From Candidatus Methanomethylicia archaeon (lineage in GTDB: Archaea; Thermoproteota; Methanomethylicia; CALHIW01): 64,000 nt of DNA. Numbering within the stretch: the first letter of the stretch is position 1; each line of letters begins with the position of its first letter. Positions 9,924 through 21,322 of the stretch are shown one piece after another. The translations under genes were made by a program, and so were the position numbers. Below the pieces are notes generated by a model. It ran no database searches. It was given only the letters and a program-made list of their open reading frames with translations, and was not told where the DNA came from. The stretch spans positions 1 through 64,000 of the forward strand of contig JAWBQF010000005.1 of NCBI GenBank assembly GCA_038845975.1. Direction: 5' to 3'.

Positions 9924-10573
9924 GATGCCGTCAAGTTATTGGTGTTGTTAGCGGTATTTTTAAGGTTTGGTGCGGTTTATGAAGTTGTATAATAGGGTGA
10001 AGAGTTTGATCTTGGAGATTATTCTTACTGAAAGTTGTTGAAGAATTGTCTGTTCTAGCTTTCATAGTTCTGAACTAGCGTTCAATGCATTCTCTTTCTC
10101 CGAAGGTTTTTATGAATTCATTTAAGGACTTGTAATGCTTCAAGATACTATGATCCCTATCAATGAGGCTTATTCATACATGCCCAAATCCTAGGGGAAG
10201 TTTCTGATGAAGATATTTCTACGTCGTGAAGTCCATATGGCTAGCAATTTACAGTATCAACATCTATTATAGCTATAGCATAATCCTATAAGCCTTAATC
10301 TTTGCCTCGTTAACAGTCATCATCTGCCTACCCCCAACATTGGCTCTTAACTACTTCAGCTTCTTAACCCAAAGCTTAACAGCCTCGTGACTGCATGGAA
10401 TGCCCCCAAAACATAGGTTATATCTCTATAGCTTAAACTGGCTATGGTAAGATCACTCTAACCTTCAAATACAGCGAAGCCTATTAATCCTGAATAAACC
10501 ACTATCCTTAAGAGTTTTGAGAAGCTACCTCCAAAGCAGCTTCTCAAAACCCTAAGAATAACCTGACAATATC
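9924..10573 (-). mobile_element. Decayed IS6-family element
   Basis: Minus strand reads TFGERECIER*FRTMKART (IS6 DDE C-terminus). Imperfect TIRs GATGCCGTCAAGTT / AACCTGACAATATC. Flanks ATGTAAATA / ATGTAGATA look like a target duplication. Confidence 0.75.
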
Positions 10574-10630
10574 ATGTAGATACGTTGTAAAGTTTTTATA
10601 GTCTTAAGTACTAAAGTACTTTGGTATTTA

Positions 10631-11275
10631 TTGGAAAAAGTGATTTTGAAATTATTAAGGTGGAGATTCCGAGATGGCTGGCTGAGAAATTTCGTAAGTA
10701 TGTTGCCGAGAAGTATAGTTTTAGAAAGGGAGTACTTTCAAGAGCTATAGCTGACATGATTGAAAGAGCTCAGTATTAGAGGTGGAACTGGAGCTGTAGA
10801 TGCTATAGTGAGCTTGGGCTTATCTTCAGACTATAGTTGGGAGGATGAGGATCCTGTTGAAGTTTTTAGAAGACGATACAGCCTATCTAATAGATGCTAA
10901 CATAATACTTGAAGTTCTCTATAAGAGAAGCTGCTGGGGGAAATCCTATAAGTTATTGAGCATGGTGAAGAAGGCTCTCTGAAGGCATTTATGCTTCATT
11001 TTGCTATTCATGGAGTATCAGCTATTCTCAGTAAGCCTAGCTTAGCAGCTAAATTGCTTTCAGAGACCATAACATGGCGTGGCTTAACAATAGCTAACCT
11101 ATCTCTACATGAAGAGCTTATCGCATGTAAACTTGCAGCTGAAACAAGGCTTGGCTTCGACGATGGATTACATTACTACTTTGCAAAGCACATGGGTATT
11201 TCAATCATAAGTTTTGATAAAGACTTCGATAGCCTCGACATTAAAAGATTTGAACCTCACGAAATAATAGTCTAA
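10631..11275 (+). pseudogene. Degraded VapBC-type toxin-antitoxin pair (RHH-like antitoxin plus PIN toxin)
   Basis: IKVEIPRWLAEKFRKY..LSRAIADMIE, then YLIDANIILE out of frame with 10991..11275 (LGFDDGLHY..IISFDKDFD), which are PIN motifs. Boundaries approximate. Confidence 0.7.
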
Positions 11276-11499
11276 ACCTTCACAATATATTAAGAGTTAA
11301 TTATTGTGATCAAGAGGTAATTTAAGCTTCTAATTGATCCTATTTAGCCTTAACCATATCCTTGTGATATCGAAGTCTTTGAATGTAGATCTCGATGTGC
11401 AAGATATCTATAAAACCTATATAGTCCTATGATTTCCACCTCTCATAATCAGTACTAAAATAGCTGAAACAATGAAAAACTGGAAAACATCAAGCCTTC

Positions 11500-11748
11500 G
11501 AGCTAAGGAATTCGATAGAGTGATTGTTTCAAACACTTAAGGATCGAACAAAATGCTTCTACAACAATTTCCAGACAGGAAGGGATTATTCAAGATCGAA
11601 TTATTCCTCAAGCTTTTCATTCTCTGGTACAACTGGATAAGGCCACACCAAGCCCTAGAAAACCACCAGCAATAACATAACATCTAAACGTAACAGCATC
11701 AAAATAACAAGCAACAAAATTTATATAACTTCTTAAGTTGTCAGGCCC
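11500..11748 (+). mobile_element. 3' remnant of an IS6-family element
   Basis: FQTLKDRTKCFYNNFP and WYNWIRPHQAL-like remnants; ends in TTAAGTTGTCAGGCCC, matching the TIR of 36082..36673. Left boundary not found. Confidence 0.65.
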
Positions 11749-11755
11749 TAAATAA

Positions 11756-11813
11756 TGCCTGTGAACTTAAGCCATCAGCTACATATGATTTTATATTTAA
11801 AGTTCACAAAACC
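11756..11813 (-). mobile_element. ~60-bp MITE, copy 1 (inverted relative to the other copies)
   Basis: TGTGAACTT..AAGTTCACA TIRs. Reverse complement matches 13773..13832 and 56638..56697. Degenerate flanks CTAAATAA / CTGAGTAA. Confidence 0.75.
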
Positions 11814-11885
11814 CTGAGTAAGAGGGCAAAATTTTTATTTGTTTCTTCTAAGAAAGCTAAATAGCTTAAGTAGTGTTGATGTGAG

Positions 11886-12359
11886 ATGGGGATTCTTCAG
11901 TTGAAATTGATTAAGGAGTTATTAGATGGTAATAAGATATTCTATAATGTTTCAGAGCATGAGCCGGTTTATACCTCAGAGCAGGCAGCAAGAGTTAGAG
12001 GAGTGGATTTGAAAACTGGTGTGAAGGCTCTTGTGCTTAGAAGGGAAGATGGAGGTTATGTTATGGGGCTGGTTGCTGGTGATAGGAAGATAGATCTTAA
12101 AAAGCTGGCAGGAGTTGTTGGAACTAAGAAGTTGCGATTAGCTTCCCCACAAGAGGTGCTGGAGATAACTGGATGTGAAGTCGGCTCAGTACATCCCTTT
12201 GGTAATTTGCATGGACTCCCTGTCTACTTGGACAGCTCCATACTGGAGAATGATATGGTAAATTTTAATGCTGGACTACATACAGTTTCTATTCAAATGA
12301 AGGCAAAAGACTTGATTAAGGTAATTAAACCAGTAATTGATAGTTTTTCAAGACTTTAA
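11886..12359 (+). CDS. YbaK/ProX-family aminoacyl-tRNA deacylase
   Basis: HEPVYTSEQAA, VKALVL, GCEVGSVHPFG, FNAG. Confidence 0.88.
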   Translation: MGILQLKLIKELLDGNKIFYNVSEHEPVYTSEQAARVRGVDLKTGVKALVLRREDGGYVMGLVAGDRKIDLKKLAGVVGTKKLRLASPQEVLEITGCEVGSVHPFGNLHGLPVYLDSSILENDMVNFNAGLHTVSIQMKAKDLIKVIKPVIDSFSRL

Positions 12360-12438
12360 GATGGATTTTGCTCTCTTTCTCTTAATTAGCTTTTATTTGT
12401 CTCTAATGGTCATAATGGGGGTTAAGAAATTGGATAAA

Positions 12439-12645
12439 ATGGATATAAAATCCTTCACAAAATCTACAATTAAGGAGGTAAGCCCAATAATAGGCGAAAA
12501 TAAAGTTGTTACTGAATATACTTTTGAAGGTATAACAATAGATGGGCTAAAAGTAATCTATAAAGGTTGAGAGTTTAAATCAAGAAGATGTACAGGAGTA
12601 TTACGATGTTTAGATATAGTTAAGCAGGTGACAGGGGATGGCTAG
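12439..12645 (+). pseudogene. Possible internally deleted GMP synthase subunit B-like fragment
   Basis: MDIKSFTKSTIKEVSPIIGENKVV resembles the GuaA-B N-terminus; the remainder is broken. Weak. Confidence 0.3.
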
Positions 12646-13461
12646 CTAAGAGAACCTTAAACCCCTTAAAATCAATATAAGAAAAGATTAAAATAGCTAG
12701 TTTTTCTTTAGTTCCTTAATTCCTCTAATGCTTTATTCAATTGTTCACTATAGCTCTCAAACTCCTCCTTAGCCTATTCGATTCCTGCTGTCAACTCTTT
12801 TCTCAATTCTTTCAAAACCTCTTCGGCTAGGGTTTTCTTAAACATGAAAAATGGATGTAGAGCGTTAATCGTACACTTTATTGATGCATAGGAATTTCCG
12901 TTTTCAGTAACTTGTCTTTTTCCCTAATGGCTGTTGCCATAATTGCTAGAATAGCTAGCATAACTAGCTATATGAGAGAGATGATCAAGGTCTTAAAAGA
13001 CGATTGGCCAGCTCCTCGTCTACCCAGTAGATTGAATGAGATTAAATGAGAACATAGTTTTGTGATACTAGAGTGAATATTTACCATATGCCTTGTCCTA
13101 TTATTTGTCATAACTTTATTAAATAGATCATCATCAACGATTATGAAATTTGAAGCTGCGAAATTATTTCATTGTTTTCATTAATTGCTTTAATCGTTCC
13201 AGATATATGATTGAGCCTAAAACTGTTTCTCTACTGGACTAGCGGTTAAAAAGACTGACCCTTAAAAATACTAATTTAGACAGATATAGAGAGCAATATT
13301 ACTTTAATTGAAAGTGATAAATCTTCTAGGTCATAAAGGACCTTGTAAGCTAGTACAGCCTTTGCCTCGACTATTCTTTCAGCCGTATTCTTGCCCTCAT
13401 TAATAAAACTAATTAGCACGATTATTTCACTGAAATAGTTAAAGCTTTCATTTCTTCTGGC

Positions 13462-13735
13462 CTAGCGGAATACTATAATGAAAAAGGCATATTTCAAAAC
13501 GCACTTTACGGATTCATCTTTGGAATTATAGGATTCACAATTGCCATATTTATATTTGTAATATTCTTTACAATGTTTTCTACACGAATTATGTGGAGAG
13601 CAGTAAGGATACCAACTGAATTTACAGGCATTACTTTAATTGCAGGCCTAATTCTTAGCTTGGTTATACTTGTTATATTTCTCATTTTACAGGCTGTATT
13701 CTATAAAAAATCATTTACCCTTCTTGCTGAAAAAT
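13462..13735 (+). repeat. Exact 274-bp copy of the internal part of the DUF996 gene (22123..22396)
   Basis: Base-by-base comparison from CTAGCGGAATAC to GCTGAAAAAT showed no mismatch; no start codon context. Confidence 0.92.
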
Positions 13736-13772
13736 AGAAACATGGGGGTTTAAGGGTTCTCTACCTATAGCT

Positions 13773-13832
13773 GGTCATGTGAACTTTAGATGTAGAAGAC
13801 ATGTATAGTTGATGACTTAAGTTCACAAAGCT
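13773..13832 (+). mobile_element. 60-bp MITE, copy 2
   Basis: TIR cores TGTGAACTT / AAGTTCACA. Perfect 8-bp target duplication CTATAGCT at 13765..13772 and 13833..13840. Confidence 0.85.
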
Positions 13833-14032
13833 CTATAGCTAGTATTAACAACGTAAAGGATGGTTAATCATTAATCCATCATCAATAATAATCTTCCCCT
13901 AACGGCCTAAAAGAAACAAAAATCTAATAACTTCTACTCAAAACCATTAACTCATAAAACTCCATAAAAGCAGTAAAAAACTTAAATACTTTGAAAATAT
14001 CTCTTAGTTAGTGAATGCCGTTGTAGTAGTGT

Positions 14033-14602
14033 TTGTTTGGCTTATGGTGGTTCTTTATGGCTAATTTAGTATTGAGAAAAGATTTGGGAAAGTTTCTTTA
14101 TTGTTCCAGTTTGCTTGAGGAAAGAGTTGCAAAAGCTTATGAGCATACCGCTAAATTAGTTGAGGATAAGCTTATTGGCTGTCTCTTAGGTTTTATTGCT
14201 AGTGACTCCCTAAAGCATGCTGAATGCTTTAAGATGATTTATGAATGGCTATCCTCCAATATGGAGGTTAGTTTTGAAGTGTGTAAAGAGGTTTGGGGTG
14301 AAATCTGGAAGACTCTTGTAATGGATGCTGAAAAATTTCTAGGTAAGAGTGCAATAAGTACTGAAGAACTTACTTCATTGATAAACGGGTTAGTGAGGTT
14401 TGAAAGCTTTGTTACTGAAGAATACTTGACGGTGCTTCATATAAAATTGGTCGAGTTGATGGTTGATGAAGCTAGAATAAATCTTGACACTTTCAAGACT
14501 GTATTTGAATGGATTATTGAAGATGAAAAGAGACATGAGCAAATTCTTAAAATAATCGAGAACATACTGACAAAAAGGGAAAATAAATCAACTTCTCTTT
14601 AA
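14033..14602 (+). CDS. Ferritin-like (rubrerythrin-type four-helix) protein; likely start ATG 14057
   Basis: Paired motifs LEE..A..Y..DSLKH and FE....EEY..EDEKRHE. Confidence 0.7.
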   Translation: MFGLWWFFMANLVLRKDLGKFLYCSSLLEERVAKAYEHTAKLVEDKLIGCLLGFIASDSLKHAECFKMIYEWLSSNMEVSFEVCKEVWGEIWKTLVMDAEKFLGKSAISTEELTSLINGLVRFESFVTEEYLTVLHIKLVELMVDEARINLDTFKTVFEWIIEDEKRHEQILKIIENILTKRENKSTSL

Positions 14603-15169
14603 CTTCCGCTTTTCAACTTTTCATCTATTGCTCTAAAAATTGGATTTAACCCATATTTCTATGGTTTTCCCATAACATCTGTAATGGCTGCAGCATCGCC
14701 CTAACTGTGAAAACAGCCAAACGCCTAAATAAGGAAGGGAATTTAATTGCTGCACTCGCTATATTGATTATAGCTGACTGTCTTGTATTCTCCATGCTTG
14801 AACTAATATAGTAAAGGTAAAAGCCATCGACATTAGGAGTATATCAAAAGCTGTAATAGCCGAAAAAGCCATAACTTCACTAAATATTTCAGGTGAGTAA
14901 ATATTAGCCAAGAGAAAATATGCTCCCTAAAGGTTAGAGTATAATACTTAGTGTTGCTTCTGTAATACAGGCTAAGGTAAAAGAATCTTGAAGACCCAGG
15001 CATTCATTCCTGTAGGTCTTCACCTCAACATACTGTGAAATTATGCTTGGCAAGTAGTATTTGCAGCCATTACAAGAGCTTGAAAAAGCATTATAACAGA
15101 AAAGACTTGCCTAGAAACTGAAACACACAACCTATTATAACGGTTAAGCCAGTAAGTATTAGCAATATT

Positions 15170-15625
15170 ATATGTTATGAATACAAACTAGCTTAATAGT
15201 GAAGAAACATCGAGATATGAATTCTAGAATGGTGAAAATTTAAGGAGTCCAATTTTCGAAGGAAGAATATGCCATACTGAAATTTTTAAACTTGAGTTCA
15301 ACAAGCCTACAGCTCAAAACTCAAGTGAGGATTATGCAAACATTGTTGTGGATGATAGATGGGAATATAGAAAGCGTACTTATGAGATTGAGAATGAAGA
15401 CCTTAGAAAATTAGATGAATATGAAGGATACTCAATTCATTAAATGATAGCTTAGAGGTTAGCGTGAAGTTAAATATTGGTCAAACCATAAAGGCAATTA
15501 CTTATATTGCTAGACCAAATATAACTTAAGAAGAGTTTAAACCTACAAGAAATTATCTTAGTTATTTAATGAAAGAATGCTGTCTTATTGAGCCACTCGC
15601 AAGTTTCTTAAATGTAAGGACGTAG
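15170..15625 (+). pseudogene. Gamma-glutamylcyclotransferase (AIG2-like) pseudogene
   Basis: FKLEFNK..YANIV, YEIENEDLRKLDEYEGY, AITYIA..KPTRNYL across frameshifts and stops. Boundaries approximate. Confidence 0.55.
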
Positions 15626-15840
15626 TGAAGAACATTACCATAGTTCAAAACTAGTATCTTTACACCAATTAATTACTGTCTTTCTGTAAGGATAATCTGG
15701 ATCAAATAAGAGTTCACCTATTGCTAATAGTTCGTCTTCTTTCAAAACCTGCTTGATTTCAAACAAGCTTTCTTCTTATTAGGAATTTCACCTAATACTG
15801 TAATGCTATAAGCCTTAAATCTTGCTTCCAAGCTTTGTGC

Positions 15841-15980
15841 ATGGAGTTTAGAAAGCTTTATGATGATGAGCAGAAGCCTAATAAGTTTTCTCTCCCTCCA
15901 AAAGTCAAGATTAATAGACTTAGGATTGATGATAAATATGCAATAAACAGCATCTTATACGTTCTTGTTACCTGTATTAA
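15841..15980 (+). mobile_element. 5' remnant of an IS5-family transposase
   Basis: MEFRKLYDDE..LPPK..RIDD...NSILYVLVT is a degenerate copy of the ORF at 19743..20021. Confidence 0.75.
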
Positions 15981-16082
15981 GACTTATAGCATTACAATTA
16001 AGCATCATCATTACTTCTATTCTTTCTGTTAAGAAACACTAAAAGGACAATATTGTTTTAATCATGCTTATGTCTTTGAAGC

Positions 16083-16580
16083 TTACCATAATAGATTCAT
16101 TTTTTCAAGGATATGGAAGGCTAGTGAAAAGTAGAAGAGTATTGTCAATGGTATGTGTAGTGTTCTCCAATAATCTTTTATGAATTTGATTTTCACATAT
16201 CGTCCCAATATCCCGCTTATAACTATTACAGTCATTAGGAGGAAAGCAAAGAAGCTTATGAAATATCCTGGTCTTGGAATCTGTATTTTGTTAATTATGT
16301 GAAATGCAACGAACACTATGGAAAGTGTTCCTGCTATGCAGTGGACTAACAGCCAAGTTCTAATACTTTTTGGGAAACCTCTCTTTAAAGCTGAGTAGAA
16401 GGCTGAAATTGCAAAGACCAGGAAGCCCGCCCATCCAAAACAGTGAGCAACATCCCTTGGAAAAATTCTATAAGATCCTCTTTGTCTATGTTTAGACTCA
16501 GGACCTATATTAAAGGTTATAAGGCTTGCTAAAAGCAGCAGAAATAGAATAAAGCCCATCAAGAACAAAGCTTTACTCAA
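16083..16580 (-). CDS. Membrane protein with four TM histidines (cytochrome b / ferric-reductase-like TM domain)
   Basis: About 5 TM helices. WLLVHC..AFH and WRTLHI..AFH paired His. Confidence 0.6.
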   Translation of the reverse strand: MSKALFLMGFILFLLLLASLITFNIGPESKHRQRGSYRIFPRDVAHCFGWAGFLVFAISAFYSALKRGFPKSIRTWLLVHCIAGTLSIVFVAFHIINKIQIPRPGYFISFFAFLLMTVIVISGILGRYVKIKFIKDYWRTLHIPLTILFYFSLAFHILEKMNLLW

Positions 16581-16812
16581 TTTTCTCCCCCTTCAATAGA
16601 GAGATGCTTTTTATAAAATTTATGCTCTGTAAACCTAGAATCTCCAGTAATAATTGAACTTCTTAGTAATGAATACTTTGAATAACTACTCTGAAGGTAT
16701 AAATATTATCTTTGTCCCTTCAAAGCTATTCCATGGATAATCTCCGGAAACCTTAAACTGTAACATATAGCAATACTAATACTGTCAATACTGACTTTGA
16801 TTCCTAAATCTT

Positions 16813-17270
16813 TTAGAAAATATTTAGCCCGATCCCCATTAAGACTAGGATTCCTCCCACTACTAGGGAAGTATTTATTTCTTCTCTTAAAAATAGAACT
16901 CCCATGAAAGCTGTTAAAACCGGAACGATTAACTGGAATACTCCTCCCTGGAATGCATGAATCTTCTTCATTATCATATGCCAGAGGACATAGCTTAAAG
17001 CAGTACTAATCATTCCTAAGAAGAGCGTTAAGGCTAAGCTTGTTAAAGAAATATTCTCCCATAAATTCTTTCCTAGCATAGAATAGGCAAAAGGAGTTAC
17101 AGCTAGAGGTCCTCCTCCAAATAATAGGAAACCATTGTAAGTGTAGGTAAAGGAGGATTTAAATTTTCGACCATGAACTGAATATGCTCCCAAAGATGCT
17201 CCTGTAAGAGCCATTAGAAAAACTCCTAGTAGAGTAATTGACTTTAAGCCACTGGAAGTAACTTCCTAAA
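16813..17270 (-). pseudogene. C-terminal half of an EamA/DMT transporter (5' truncated)
   Basis: LGMISTALSYVLW..FQLIVPVLTAFMGVLFLRE...GGILVLMGI is one EamA repeat; upstream half missing. Confidence 0.65.
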
Positions 17271-17499
17271 ACTCCTATTAACCCAAGTATCTGCCCAAAA
17301 ACCATGTATGTTTTTAATTGAGAATTAAAAACTCTTTAAATTCAAATTTCTTCCTTCTTAATTTCTCCCCTCCTATCATAAATATTACTACATCACTCTC
17401 TAAAATTTCTATTGCTAGATAATTATTAAAGATAGTAATTATGAGGATCTATCATACAATAACATTGAATATGTAACTTACTTGACAAAGTAATTCATT

Positions 17500-17763
17500 A
17501 ATGAGGTTAAACTATTGTGATGGAGACAAGTTCTTATTGATAGTGTATCAAGGCTTTCCAACCTTTTTAAGAACTTGAACCATCATCATTACTTTTCAGT
17601 GAGCATAGTAGGGTAAAATACTCATTGTTTAGTAGAGAACTAAAGTATTCTCAACCAGTAACATCAAATCCAGTAGACTACTAGATGATAGGAGGACGCT
17701 TAAGTGCTAAAATCTATTCATAATATACTACACTAAAAAGATGATGTTAAGTTGTCCCCGTCC
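17500..17763 (+). mobile_element. Highly decayed IS6-like right end
   Basis: Ends GATGATGTTAAGTTGTCCCCGTCC, nearly identical to the right end of 36082..36673. Left boundary approximate. Confidence 0.45.
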
Positions 17764-17820
17764 AGCTGTTCTAGGATAAAATTTAAATGATTGTTTTAAC
17801 CTAGTTCTTGAGGATGATTT

Positions 17821-18963
17821 ATGTCTGGGAAAATAATGGTTATAGGTTTAGGAGAACTTGGATTCCATATACTTCAAATTCTTGCCCGTACACCAGGAGT
17901 AAGCGAAATAGTAGCAGCAGATATAAATGAGAGAAATGGTCTCCTAAAAACAAATAATGCTATATATACAGCTGCTCATTTAGACCTATATCCCAACATT
18001 AAATTTAGAAGAATAAATCTATTCGATATAGAGGGAACAGCAGAAATATTAAAAGAGGAGGAACCTGTCATAGTATGTAATGCTACAACACTTCAGTCAT
18101 GGTGGGTTTTCCATCTACTTCCAGATGAAGTATTTAGAAGACTTAACTTTGAGGGAGGTATTGGACCACAAACACCATTCCACTTAACATTAACATATAA
18201 GTTAATGCAAGCCATTAAGAAGGCTGGAATAGATACTCATGTAGTGAACTGCTCATACTCTGATGCTGTAAATGCAATGCTAGGAAAAGTAGGCTTAGCA
18301 CCTACAGTTGGAGGGGGGAATTTTGACCTGTTAATTCCAGGAATAAAACAGTTTGTAAGTAGAGAGCTAGAGGTACCTATGCGTAGCGTTACGGTTTTCA
18401 TGATTGCACATCATGGACTACTTACCAGTCATATGAATGCCCCATTCTGGCTAAAGATCCTCGTATACGATAAGGATGTTTCAAGCAAATTCCCACCAGG
18501 TAAAGTGAGAGAGGTACTTCGTCCATTTGTACAAACACTTATGGGTGGGGGAGCACAGTGGGTAATGCCTCCAAATGAAGATATAGCTGCATCCTTCACA
18601 AAAAACATACTGGGAATTTATTTTAATACTAGAGAGCTACATCATGCACCTGGACCATTAGGACTGCCTGGAGGATATCCAATTCGTTTAAGTGCTAAAG
18701 GTGTAGAGGTAATATTGCCGGAAGAATTAACTTTAGATGAGGCAATCAAAGTAAATGAGGAATGTAGTCGATATGATGGAATAGAGAGAATAAAGGATGA
18801 TGGAACCATTGTTTTCACAGAGAAAGCAGTTAAAACCTATAGAGAGATTTTAGGATATGAATGTAAAGAGCTTAAAGTTAGTGAAAGTGAAGAGAGGGCT
18901 AGAGAATTAAGTAAACTTTTCAAGAAGCTTGCTGAAAAATACGGAGTTAAAATTCCTGTATAA
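17821..18963 (+). CDS. NAD(P)-dependent oxidoreductase (saccharopine dehydrogenase-like Rossmann fold)
   Basis: N-terminal IMVIGLGELG, VVNCSYSDAVN, HAPGPLGLPGGYP. Confidence 0.65.
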   Translation: MSGKIMVIGLGELGFHILQILARTPGVSEIVAADINERNGLLKTNNAIYTAAHLDLYPNIKFRRINLFDIEGTAEILKEEEPVIVCNATTLQSWWVFHLLPDEVFRRLNFEGGIGPQTPFHLTLTYKLMQAIKKAGIDTHVVNCSYSDAVNAMLGKVGLAPTVGGGNFDLLIPGIKQFVSRELEVPMRSVTVFMIAHHGLLTSHMNAPFWLKILVYDKDVSSKFPPGKVREVLRPFVQTLMGGGAQWVMPPNEDIAASFTKNILGIYFNTRELHHAPGPLGLPGGYPIRLSAKGVEVILPEELTLDEAIKVNEECSRYDGIERIKDDGTIVFTEKAVKTYREILGYECKELKVSESEERARELSKLFKKLAEKYGVKIPV

Positions 18964-19227
18964 ATTAATTTAAGTTCTCTATAGTGCACTCTTATATTTT
19001 CTCTTGTCATATTATGATGTTAGTCTTAAAGTATTTAATTGTTAGAGTATGTTAAACTAAGACTTTAAATTGGCAAACCTAGTAAATATATAGTATTTAA
19101 GATTCTGAAGGTGTATTTAGAGATTTAGGAAATAGGGTAGTTAATAAAGGGCTGGGAAACCGTAGATAATGAGTAGTTAGTGATTTGCGTGATCTAGTAT
19201 TTGAATTTGTCTAATCTATTTAACATT

Positions 19228-20067
19228 GAACTCATCTGAAAACCCTCAGCAATATTATTATGCATGCTATTTGTATGAATCCTAGGAATGTTGATGCGAG
19301 CTTCTCGTATCTTATGGTTATTCTTCTGAATGCTTTTATCCATGCGAAGAATCTTTCAACAGCGCTCCTCATGCTCTTATATGCCTTCCCATCGAGCCTG
19401 TATGGTCTTCCATGCTTGGGCTTACGCCTCGGGTTGACATCTATGTTTGCTTTTACTCCTCTACGCTTGAGGTATTCTCTAATCTCTCTAGCGTCGTATG
19501 CTGAGTCTCTGTAACCTCTTTAGGTCTACTCCTAGGCCTACCATGCTTAACCCTCACATCTTCAAGGAGCTTTATGAAGTGTTTTGAGTCATGCTCATCG
19601 CCAGGTCCTGCTTGAACGCTTAAAGGTAGGGCTTCACGTGATACAACAGCATGTATCTTTGTACCCTTAATATGCTTATATCCATCATATCCAACTATCT
19701 CCCCCTTTCCCAGCCTTTATAGTGGTGCTGTCAACGGCAACCCTATCTAGGCTTACCCATAGAATATCCCTTATCTATTAATGCTTTGAAAACATTAGCC
19801 CATACACCTTTAATACTCCAACGCTTAAACCTATCCCAAGCAGTCTTATATGAGCCATACTTAATTGGTACATCCATCCAACGGCAACCAGTAACAAGAA
19901 CATATAGGATTCCGTTAACAATAATCCTATCGTTAATCCTAGGCCTACCAGTCCTAGCCCTAGGAGGAAGCAAAAACCTAATAAGCTCCCACTCACTATC
20001 AGTAAGCTCCCTAAACTCCATAACAAAACCTTACTCAGAAACATTTAAATAGTTTTCAGATGAGTTC
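19228..20067 (-). mobile_element. IS5-family element (840 bp), transposase frameshifted
   Basis: Perfect 16-bp TIR GAACTCATCTGAAAAC and 3-bp duplication ATT on both sides. ELTDSEW..GRPR..NGILYVLVTGCRW, VDSTTIKA.KGG, GTKIH, DSAYD, VERFFAWIKAFRRITIRYEK in shifting frames. Confidence 0.93.
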
Positions 20068-20720
20068 ATTTCCATAAAGAAATTGGTTAAGTCTCTATAT
20101 TCCTCTTCACTCATTATTTTTCTCCTCTCAAAGATGTCAAGGGTTAAATCGATTTTTCTAAGGAATTCATGAAGCTCCTTACCAATTTGATATGTACCAA
20201 ACAGCATATACGCAGCATAAGTAGGGCCTCTATCTCGGTTTTTAAGCTTCTTAATCCTCTTTTTGTTCTTTCAATGTAGCTGCTTGTAAAATCATCAATT
20301 TCCTCATTATGAAAAAGCAGCTCTAATGAGCAGAAAGCATAGGTAAAACTTTCTTCACCATAAGATATTATGAAATTGCTGAATGTATTCAAACTCTATC
20401 TTCATATCTACCGTATAATTTCTTTAGTATTTAAATACATATGCTTCTAATAGGATACTATTACTGATTTATTGATATGATGAATACTTGCTTATATTCT
20501 CATTAACTTCTAATTAAATTTAGAATCTAAACTTCTAAAGCAAATATACCAATAGCCTTATACTAATAGTGAATATGTAATTCTTCATCATTTTAATTCT
20601 ACAGCTTAACTTAAACTTTCTAAGAATAGGATCTGGTAACTTAACTGATTGTTTATGTTTATTGTTTAGTAATCTTTAAAGAATTTCTATGTGGTAAAGA
20701 TTCTAGAATTTTGTGCTGAG

Positions 20721-20987
20721 CTAAATTTCAATTGATAGATTTCTCTCCAAATTGTTTAACGCTAGGAATTTTATCTTACCATTAATAATCTCCCTCCCGA
20801 GGAGAACCTCATCTGTTATGAATTCCGGCTCTACAGGTATGTATACTTTCACTTCTCCAATCGATACTTCTCTTAAACCATTATAGAGAGATGCTTCTGC
20901 CATATAGACTTCAAACTCTAATACTCCATAAATCGGGTTCTCAAAGAATACCCAAACAATGAACGTATTATAATTGGATGAAACCAT
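20721..20987 (-). pseudogene. Possible clan AA aspartyl-protease-like fragment
   Basis: C-terminal EVLLGREIIN motif; catalytic DTG N-terminus absent. Confidence 0.3.
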
Positions 20988-21139
20988 ACATCACTAATAA
21001 TTAAACATCATGTAGGAAGTGAAAAATTAAAGATATGGATAAATGAAATCTTAGCAAGCGATATGATAAAAATAATATAAGCATCTAGAGTTAACAGGAC
21101 AGCTTCATTGAGAGTAATTATAGATTTATCTCTTAATAC

Positions 21140-21247
21140 TTATTGTGCCTCGTCACAACTAAACTTTGGATCTACAAACTGTTTCTTTCTAACACAAAAC
21201 ATTTTACCATAGTAATCAGCTCCAAACATACATTCGCTACATTTCAA
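21140..21247 (-). CDS. Unannotated 35-aa four-cysteine micro-protein (alternative ATG start at 21262)
   Basis: MKCSECMFGADYYGKMFCVRKKQFVDPKFSCDEAQ. GGAGGTGA 5 nt before the TTG; TTTAAATA box near 21298..21305. Confidence 0.6.
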   Translation of the reverse strand: MKCSECMFGADYYGKMFCVRKKQFVDPKFSCDEAQ

Positions 21248-21322
21248 AGCTTTCACCTCCATGTTTCATTATGGCTTACCTCTAAAGCACCTACCGTATT
21301 TAAATTTTTCTATTTTGGCTTG

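Noticed and set aside
19260-20052. Plus-strand and alternate-frame ORFs inside the IS5 element
   Set aside because: Shadows of the minus-strand transposase.
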